Shown: piece by piece, positions 54,758 through 64,000 of the stretch | Layout of the letters: the number at the start of each line of letters is the position of its first letter | Position numbering within the stretch: the stretch's first letter is position 1 | NCBI GenBank assembly: GCA_012295275.1 | Contig: CM022671.1 | Location: forward strand, 3,038,001 to 3,102,000 | Direction: 5' to 3' | DNA: 64,000 nucleotides | Origin: Chrysomallon squamiferum | Lineage: Eukaryota > Animalia > Mollusca | Translations under genes and position numbers: made by a program | The notes under the pieces: model-generated | What the model was told of the DNA's origin: nothing | The model's database searches: none | What the model saw: the letters and a program-made list of their open reading frames with translations, nothing else

Positions 54758-56979
54758 ACACATACACATACACAAACACACTCATACACATACACACTCA
54801 CACACACACACACACACACATACAGAGGATTATATATATTATTACCCATACACTCATCTGACTGCTTCCCCAACCACCATCAGGACATGATCCCAGTTTC
54901 TGCCAGGGATGGTCAGAGTGTTTGTTGTCACAGTGGCTGATGAATGTTTTCTGTCTCAGAAGTCAGTGCAAATCTTACTTTTTCTCTGTCTGCAATAGAC
55001 AAGAATGTTATACATCATCCTCACACTTTTACACCCAGCAACCTCCCTTACCTCTCACCACAGTGGCATGATCCCAACTGGCTTGAAAAGAACACTGACA
55101 TTGCCATTCCATTACAGAAAGAGGTGAATCAGCTTTGCGCAGACCCATTCAGACAGATACTGTGGTCACAGGAAAAGGTCAAATGAGTTGTGTGTAGAAA
55201 TCTACTGTTTTTACAGTAACAACTGTTTGATAAAGTTTTCTCCTTTCCTCGTCATTTACCTCTCTCACCTGGAAATAACGGACTTCTCAACACAAAGGTA
55301 ATGTGTAATACATTGTTTAAGTTTACATAATTCAGGTAATGTTTTTTTTTTTTTAATATTCATGTATTTTTTTTCTGTTACAGCTGGTTAAGCTGAAAGT
55401 AGTATAGTTTTTAAACAGTACAGTTATTATTACTTCAAGTTTATTTTAAAATACTGGTTTCATTTCTATGAGGTGATAATGAGTTTCACATTGTTTAAAA
55501 ACTTACTGTAGTTTGCTTCATGCATTATCCTCAATAACCCACTGACTTCAGTTGTTAAATAACACGATATTCTTCACTTTAATTAAACATGCTGGCTTCT
55601 GTACATAAAGATAATGTGCAATTCATAAAGTATGTTTTGTGTGTGTGTGTGTGTGTGTGTGTGTTTGATTATAAAGTATGATTATGTTATATATGGTGTA
55701 ATATATATATATATTATTTATTTTTTATATATAAAGCAGTAAACAATGATACATTATTAGCATGTGATATATATGAGCTGTATAAAATATCTTCTATTTG
55801 GCTGTAATATTAATAGTAGATACTACAGTATATCATAAACACATGGTAGATACTGAAGTGTATGATACACATGGAGTAGAGACTATAAAATATTCAATAT
55901 ACAGGGTATGATGTCTAAAATTGTAGATATCAAAATACATGATATATATATAGCATTATATATTATAATATGTGATATATAAAATGGTAAATATTACTAT
56001 ATATAATACACATAGTATTTGATATTACAGTATATGATACACAGTGTACATACTACACAGTGGCAGATACTACAATGTATGATACAAAGTGTAATATTAC
56101 AGTATATGATACACAGTGTACATACTACAATGTATGATACACAATGTAGATATTACTGTGTATGATGCACATGGCTGTACTATTCTGCAGACTGTAATAA
56201 AAGGAGTCTGGAGAGAAAACCCGACAGTCAGCTGGTTTTATTCTTGTTTGAATAGATGTACATGTTTAACATTTTTCTCTGTTCCGTTTCCAAGCAAATA
56301 TTTGCCTGGCATTCAGTTGTAGATTATCATACATAAACACTGCATCATGTGCAGCTCATGGAAACACTGGAACAGGTTTCTTAAAGCACTAACTGTTTTA
56401 CCATTTAGACTTCTAGATTTAGTCAAAACATTTCACATGCAAAACCAATTAGAGGGATATAAAAATTAAGAAACAAGCATTTCTGCAAGTAGGTGTATAA
56501 CTTGAAGTTGTTTTGTGTGTTTTTAAATATAATATAATATATTATATATTATATAAAATATAGACATATGTACATACATAAATTAGAAAAATGTAAACAG
56601 TAAATGCAAAGTTTGTATCATTACAAAGTATATTTAATTTCAGTTAATGAAAAAAAAAAAAAAAAAAAAAATTAAATAAGTTTGATGATGATGCATACCA
56701 AACAGTGTCAAACTGTGTTGCTGTCAGCCATGGGGTCGGTCGTGTTGGTGAATACCTACCTCATTGACAGTGATATCAGCAGCTGCATGTTGATACATGA
56801 CAAAATATCTGTACATTCCACATTGATCTGACTCTGTGTTGTGGAACTCACAGTCAGGTTTGTTGCCATAACCGATTTTCATCACAAGTAAAAATCAAAA
56901 CTTTAATTTTATATATATATATATATCTATATCTGTTTTAAACTAGTTTATAACATTAAATGACTTTATTGTTTATCAT

Positions 56980-57022
<43 letters not shown>

Positions 57023-58625
57023 CTTATTTATCTATTTATTGTGTTTGTTTGTTTATATTCTGTTGTTCTTGTTGGTATAGTTATTATTATTGCTTATTTT
57101 CATTATTATTTTACAAATATATTCAGAACTGTTTTTAGAATAAAAACAGCTGGTGACTGCCTGCAGAATAATATATTTGTTCTCTCTTTCTCTCTCTCAT
57201 CCTTGTTTTAGAGTGTTTGTTTGTTTGTCATTCAAATACTCCATGCATTGTAAAATTATATTTGTATCCTACATCCTCTTTGTAATTTTTAATGTTTGAA
57301 AAACATTGCAGATTTAATTGCTGTTAAACAAATAATAGTCATGTTGTGTTTGTACAACAGAAACAAAGAAAAAGAATGTGTGTATAATTGAGTATGAGTG
57401 AGTGTGTGTATGCATTCTATATAGGTGTGAGTAAGTAAATATGCAAGTATATATGTATTTTCATCTGTTTTTATGTTTTTTGCACACACAGACGTACAGA
57501 CACAAAAGTTATGAAATATTTTACAGTCTCTGAAAACTGCAGATCAGAGAAATCATTCGTCATTAAATTAATTAATTAATGAATCTAGGTGACACGGTTC
57601 ATCACACCTTGCATTATATCAGAGAGATATTCAAACTATTTGACTAATGGTCTGTGATTCACACCCAAGGTCAGTCTGCCCATCAGTACAGGAACATCAC
57701 CACTCCTCTTCAAGTGGTTTCCTGGTTGTCACTGTTAGAGCAATTGTTGTCAGTTTGGCTCGTGTTTTACTATTGTTGTTGTTGTCTGTTGAACAAACAA
57801 TTATAGTTGATTCTGTATTTGGCATTAGTTGTCTAGAATCATTTAAAATGTTTTAAAATTATTTTTACATTTTTCAGTGTTTGACACACTGTTTTGGAAA
57901 ACAGTAAAAGTCCATAATTCTGTTACATTTTCTCTGAATATCCTAAAGTGAGTGTTATGTAAATATTTTAATGTTCTAAAGAAAAACTATATTATTAATG
58001 TGTTTCTGTGATGGGTATAGTTTATTTTATAAATAGCTATTCCTGAATTGTATAAGGTAAGTGTTTGAAATGCATTTTTGTTCATGTTATTAATCTGGAT
58101 GAGGAAGTTTCTCTGTAAATGAACTGGTAAAGATGTTTATGTATTCTATAGTTTAAACATTGTGATGTGTATTATTAACAGATTTTATGTATGTACCATA
58201 TGCATTAGATGTTTATCATTCACACATGTATATATTAATGTGCAGGTGTGTGTGTCTGTGTGTGTGTGCATGTAATTTTGATATTTATATATAAGTACAT
58301 AATTATGCATTTATTATGAGTGGAATATGTTTACAAATTCTAAAGATAATAAAACTATTATGATGTATGATTCAAAGGTTAACAGATGAAGAGAGTAATT
58401 AATTATGACACATAGTATTAATAACATTAATAACTGTCACACATATAATTATGTTCATCTGTCATTAATATTATTAATACTGAGATACAGAATTGTGTAA
58501 TATACTTCAGTTACTTTAAAATAAATATGGATTAATATGTTACATAATTCCAAATCTTAATAATTATTAATAATATCAATGAACATAATTATGTGTGTCA
58601 GTGATTAATATTATTAATATTATGT

Positions 58626-58965
<340 letters not shown>

Positions 58966-61209
58966 GAAATTCAGATTCACACTAACAAAGTTAATTGTGT
59001 TAAAACAGTGTGTCACATTACACATATTTTACAGCAGGGCAGACTGGCAATTAACACCAGATTATCTTATCAACACCTGATTATCCCATGTTAATCCACA
59101 CTGTTCTGCATCACCTGTAAATTACCTGTCAGATAAGAGTTGGGTTCACCGGGTGTGCAGTACAAACCATCTGTAACATTTAGCAGGTAGTAAAAACGTG
59201 TTTAGTGTTTGTGTTTATATTTACATGTAAATACCAGTGTGCGTGAGTTCTTGTGGTGTGGAGGTGTACACAGTGAGCTGTTGGTGAGTTTAATATAAAT
59301 TATTATTCATGTTTGTATGTCAATATGTATATAGTAATGAATGTATGTGTGTGTGTATGTATGTATGTGTGATTATACTGTGCAGATGTGAGTAGGTGAG
59401 TGACTGTGGACAGTCTGTATATTGTGGATAATTGTCTGGCTGTCCCACACATTGCACTCTGTGATATCTAAGCTGAACATTAAGTTCACACATGTTAACT
59501 CTAATAATACCATTATCAGTATTTAATATTCTAATTTTTTAAATCTAATATGTATTCATTTATTCACATTATGTTCATGTTATAATCTGTAGAATTCATT
59601 TTTTTGTTCACATTTTACTCAGTTTTTGACATGCCTGTTTTTACCTGTTGTTTGTGACACCTGGATAATACTAATTAACACAGGATTATTTTCACCTGCT
59701 TATCACTATTAGCTTTCAAGGTAAAGCAAGCTTTATGTTGAATTTAGAGTCATGTGATTTTACAATAAATGAATGAATATTTGTTTAATCACATGTGAAA
59801 ACATTTTAACAGTAATGTTCATTACATGCAAAAAATGTATTTATTTTATATATTTTTTTATTTATTATTATTTGACTGTATGTAATGATACTGTTTGCAA
59901 ATCCTGTTTTAAATGTGTCATCTCGTGTACATGTAGAGATATACAAACCATTTGTTCATCTGTCACAAAACAGAGGCTTGAAGTGGAAACATGAGACTAA
60001 ATTCACTGACAGGAACTGATGTGTTTTACCAAACAACAAACTGTTTGTCTAAAAAATAATAACTTTAGTACATTCCCATAAAAATTAATACAATTTTAGG
60101 TTAAACACTTTTTTTGTCTGTTTAAGTTGCCTGAGGATTATAGAACTTTGATTCGTATATTTTTTTTTTTTAGGAATTTCACCTGGTTAACCTGAGACAT
60201 ACATCACTTTTGTGACAGGTGTTCAGATTCACCTATTTAAAATATAAATCTATATTTTAGTTTACAGAGACACTAACATACCAATCCAAGTAAGTATTAA
60301 ATATTATTTAGTCACAGGTTTAACTGAAGTATAATATAACACATTCTGAATGTAAAATATAAACTGTATTTGTTAGTTTCAGTTATAGTGAATATTAATA
60401 TATTATAAAACACCAGGATGTATAAGACAAAGTAATACATACATTACATACATATATATGTATCATGCATAATATATAGACTTAGGTGTGTGTCCATGTA
60501 TATGGTGTGTATATATGAAAATGTGTGTGTGTGTGTGTGTGTGTGTGAGTGTGTGTGTGTGTGTGTGTTAAGAGGAAGTAAAAAAAGTGAACATTATATA
60601 TTTAAGGTTTATAGCCAAAGTAAGTTTTGTTGACTGAGTACATGCACCAGACAGTATTGAAAATGATTTAATATTTTTTCAGATATTTTAATAATCATGT
60701 ACTGTGTAAGATGTTTGTGTCAGGGTTTCTAAATATATCACTTAACTTTTCAGCATGAATGAAATTGTTGTTTGTTTTATCACAGAAGTGTTGCAAACAA
60801 AATATCTGAAATCTCTGCATTGTGCATTGGTGTTTTATATACAATATTAGTAAGAAAGATCCGTGATTTTTAAAATTTTATTTTCAGTCACCAGTTTGAG
60901 GTGTACTTACATCCATAACAGTTCAAACATGCCAAACTTGTTTATCCCCAGTACATTTAATATTGATCCAAGATATTGTAAAACAGATTTTTAAATATTT
61001 AAATCTGTTTGGATATATAATATAAAATAAAACATATTTTTTTCTCTTTTTTTTCAGACTTCTGAAAAGTGACAGTTGGTCAGATTAACAGATAAAATCA
61101 TGATGGTCATCAGTTTCTGACCATTCATGAAATCGGCCGTAGCAGGGTCAGAACCTCACTGAACTTTAACCTCTTGTGTTGTCAGGGATGTCGTTCTTTA
61201 AGTCAGGAC

Positions 61210-64000
61210 ATGGAAAAGCACAACTTCTGTGTCACCACACTGATCTTATGTGTGTTCATATGTGTCTGCAGAGCAGCAGGGATACAGAAACCTTACAGAA
61301 ATGAAAATGTGAAAACAAAATATGATGATGAGTTGAAAAACACCTTGACCTCTGATATTCAACATGGCAGCCAGGAACAAAAATCTTTAAGTGGTAATCA
61401 CATCGCACAAAAAAATAAAAATAAATTTTTTTTATTAAAAGATGAAATACAGAAAAATATATTTAAATCAAAAAGTAACAGAGAGTCAAAGAGGCAATCT
61501 GCTGTTCACTTTTATGGATACAAAAGTGAAAAGGACTTGGATAGCTGGCAGAAAAACAGTTTTCATAAATCTAATAAAAAGCTTCGAGAGGTAAAAAATG
61601 ATTCAACGTTTATTGAAAATTTTTGGAATCATGTGTTTAGGTTAATCAGAAATGTTGGAAATCAAAATAGTTATGAAAGGCCATCAGAGCAGAGTGGGAA
61701 TCAATACCTGCTTCGTGTCAAGAAGTCAGTCAGTGCATCAGAAAACATCACAGAAAGTGATGATTTCTCCATCAGAGAGACAGGATCAACTCTCCCAACA
61801 AAACCTGTTGTTGAAAACACAACACAGCCAGCCAGTCAGTTTCAGACGTCCACATTAACCATCATTCAGACAGTAAAGACTCATAATGTTACCAGGGAAA
61901 CAAGCACAACTGCTCCATTGGCAGAAACAGTTTCTTCAAAGACTGACTCTTCATCTGTGACATCAGTGTCACCCACACACACAACTTCATCTGGAGTTTC
62001 TTCTTTTTCTACAGTCTCTAATAAAACTGCTGTAAACTTGAATACAACATCACCTGCTTTATCATCCACATCATCACTCACTTCATCAACCACTGCATCA
62101 ACCACTTCATTAACCATTGCATCCACCACTGCATCAACCACTTCATCAACCACTCCATCAACCACTGCATCAACCACTTCATCACTTACTTCATCAACCA
62201 CTTCAACACCCACATCACAGAATTTTCATTATCTTGACAATACAACAGTTCAGATAACTTTTATTCCCACCAAAACCTCAACATCCATTCATGTCCAAGA
62301 TGAGAAAAGAGCTACACAAAGGCAAACAACTATGACACAAAAACCCAAAGCCACCACAAGTTTGGGTTTGTTAAAGACGTTGACATCTTCCACCATCAAA
62401 CAGGTTCAAACTTCATCACAGACACTACTGTTACCAACAGCAGAGGTCACAAAAGGATTAGAAAACAAAAACGAAACTTTCATTCTATCACTGTCTAATG
62501 CTTCAAGTAATCAGTCAGAAAAACAACCATCTACAGCCGGGGTTGAGAGAGATTCCACAGTTAAAGGATTTAACACATCACCAGAACCACCAACTGATTC
62601 TGAGACAAGTTTAAACCATCTCATTCAGAGAACAGTGCCTGCTGAATCTGAAGTAGCTATAGGCATCACCACTCCATCAACAGTTGCAGCAGCTGAAAGT
62701 TCAGCACCTGAATATCAGGTGACCAGTCCAGAACCATCTTCATCTAGCAGCAATCTTCCTGAATCATCAACTTCAAGCATAGATATTCCTAAACCATCTT
62801 CATCTAGTAGAAGTATTCCTGAGCCATCAACATCTAGAAATATTCCAGAGCCATCAACTTTAAGTACAAGTATTTCTCAATCAACAAGTTCTCCAGAACC
62901 TTCTCCAGGAGCAGAATTTGAATCAACTGAAAATCGTTTTAACAGAACTATTTCTTCAACTTCATCAAATCAAGTGACTCCAACTCAAAATATCTCAACA
63001 ACTTTTAGTGCCATACATGTACCAGCTCAGACCAGCCCAGTTACTTCACAAACAGTTAGCATTTCAAGTGTGAAAACACCATCACTTCCCAAATCCAAAC
63101 CAGAACCAGTTCCAACCCCAGAACCTGGTCATAATATAATTCCAGAATCTGATAACTCATATGGAACAATGTCATCTGGAGTAGCTGAACCTGGTCCTAA
63201 CTGGAAACTTGCTAAGAAGAAGTGGGCGTTTGCATGGCCAGCACATCTGTATTTGTTTGGCAGTATTTTTGTGTTTGTTGCAGTGTTTGTTCTCATTAGC
63301 ATGATCCAGTTATGGAGGATAAATCGCTTGCTGAGCAGAAGATATTTCTTTACTCTGAACCTGCTCATCTTCTACTTCTGTGTGCTAAGAGCATTCTACC
63401 TGCTGTTTGATGGATACAATGCAAATGGCACATTACCAGATGTGCTGCAGTACTTACTGTACAGTTCTGTTTTCCCATGTCTAACATCTGCCTTCAGTAT
63501 TTTACTCTTTTCTCTTCTTACTGCCACACAGATGCAGCTAGTTCCTCCAAAAATTCAAAAACTTAAATATTTAATTATTATAATTTTAATTCACTTCATT
63601 ATTCAAATTATATCAGACATTACTGTTGGGTTGTCAGCAGGAGCACGAATTATGCTTTTTGTCTGTCAGCTCCTGTACATTCTGTGGGGATTTTTACTCT
63701 TCTGTGGATATCTGTATGTGTTTAGAAGACTGTACTGCTCAGCAGTGAAAAGACAGAAAACCTTTCAGTACCTGTCAGCAGGTAAAAGCTACCTGGATGA
63801 GTCACACTCAGAAAATAAAAAATTTACTCTGAGTTTAGCTGTCAGAGTCACTTTAGTAGCAGCTGTCTTCGGCCTCACCACAGTGATTCTTGAGATATAT
63901 GCAATAACCAGTGTGTATGGGATTATGAGTGACAAGCAGCCTGGAGCATGGGCCTGGTGGATTTACCACACTGCACTTCGCTGTACAGAATGCCTCATGT
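61210..64000 (+). CDS. PRRT3: PRRT3/PRRT4-family membrane protein: signal peptide, Ser/Thr/Pro mucin-like ectodomain, 7 TM helices; runs off the window
   Basis: Open frame of ~930 codons from ATG 61210, after an acceptor at 61056-61057. Starts MEKHNFCVTTLILCVFICVCRA. TM region AEPGPNWKLAKKKWAFAWPAHLYLFG...LRAFYLLFDGYN...FPCLTSAFSILL...WAWWIYHTALRCTE matches recalled PRRT3/4 motifs; PRRT3 versus PRRT4 cannot be resolved. Confidence 0.85.
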   Translation, partial: MEKHNFCVTTLILCVFICVCRAAGIQKPYRNENVKTKYDDELKNTLTSDIQHGSQEQKSLSGNHIAQKNKNKFFLLKDEIQKNIFKSKSNRESKRQSAVHFYGYKSEKDLDSWQKNSFHKSNKKLREVKNDSTFIENFWNHVFRLIRNVGNQNSYERPSEQSGNQYLLRVKKSVSASENITESDDFSIRETGSTLPTKPVVENTTQPASQFQTSTLTIIQTVKTHNVTRETSTTAPLAETVSSKTDSSSVTSVSPTHTTSSGVSSFSTVSNKTAVNLNTTSPALSSTSSLTSSTTASTTSLTIASTTASTTSSTTPSTTASTTSSLTSSTTSTPTSQNFHYLDNTTVQITFIPTKTSTSIHVQDEKRATQRQTTMTQKPKATTSLGLLKTLTSSTIKQVQTSSQTLLLPTAEVTKGLENKNETFILSLSNASSNQSEKQPSTAGVERDSTVKGFNTSPEPPTDSETSLNHLIQRTVPAESEVAIGITTPSTVAAAESSAPEYQVTSPEPSSSSSNLPESSTSSIDIPKPSSSSRSIPEPSTSRNIPEPSTLSTSISQSTSSPEPSPGAEFESTENRFNRTISSTSSNQVTPTQNISTTFSAIHVPAQTSPVTSQTVSISSVKTPSLPKSKPEPVPTPEPGHNIIPESDNSYGTMSSGVAEPGPNWKLAKKKWAFAWPAHLYLFGSIFVFVAVFVLISMIQLWRINRLLSRRYFFTLNLLIFYFCVLRAFYLLFDGYNANGTLPDVLQYLLYSSVFPCLTSAFSILLFSLLTATQMQLVPPKIQKLKYLIIIILIHFIIQIISDITVGLSAGARIMLFVCQLLYILWGFLLFCGYLYVFRRLYCSAVKRQKTFQYLSAGKSYLDESHSENKKFTLSLAVRVTLVAAVFGLTTVILEIYAITSVYGIMSDKQPGAWAWWIYHTALRCTECLM
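62060..62880 (+). repeat. Coding repeats in the mucin stalk: 12-bp TSST/TAST units (62060-62210) and ~30-bp PEPSS/T units (62728-62880)
   Basis: tcaaccact(t/g)ca repeats; PEPSSSSSNL/PESSTSSIDI/PKPSSSSRSI/PEPSTSRNI/PEPSTLSTSI. Confidence 0.85.

Overview
AT-rich, intron- and microsatellite-rich animal genomic DNA with a 200-N scaffold gap at 3365-3564. SINE relics suggest a mollusc, probably a gastropod (inference). Three protein-coding genes are supported. (1) FANCD2 on the minus strand: 14 coding exons traced from the ATG at 12917 down to the gap. Bases 1-3364 are a near-identical second copy of the FANCD2 5' region (11726-~14870), probably an unmerged haplotype overlap. (2) A four-exon plus-strand gene (28345-34154, ~1266 aa) encoding six near-identical 103-aa FN3 repeats, a seventh divergent FN3, a septin/AIG1-like TRAFAC GTPase, and a helical stalk carrying a Cys/His cluster. 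It has no signal peptide or TM segment and is the most interesting candidate here, as a possible repeat-variable intracellular immune GTPase. (3) A PRRT3/PRRT4-family protein (ATG 61210, runs off the window, absent from the ORF track) with signal peptide, mucin-like stalk and 7 TM helices. Intergenic DNA holds local duplications, Tigger/pogo and MULE transposase relics, SINE relics, a 28-bp minisatellite and candidate E2F/ETS, CTCF and CLEAR motifs. Several single-base homopolymer insertions in coding exons point to long-read consensus errors. All homology calls are from manual translation and recall; no searches were run.
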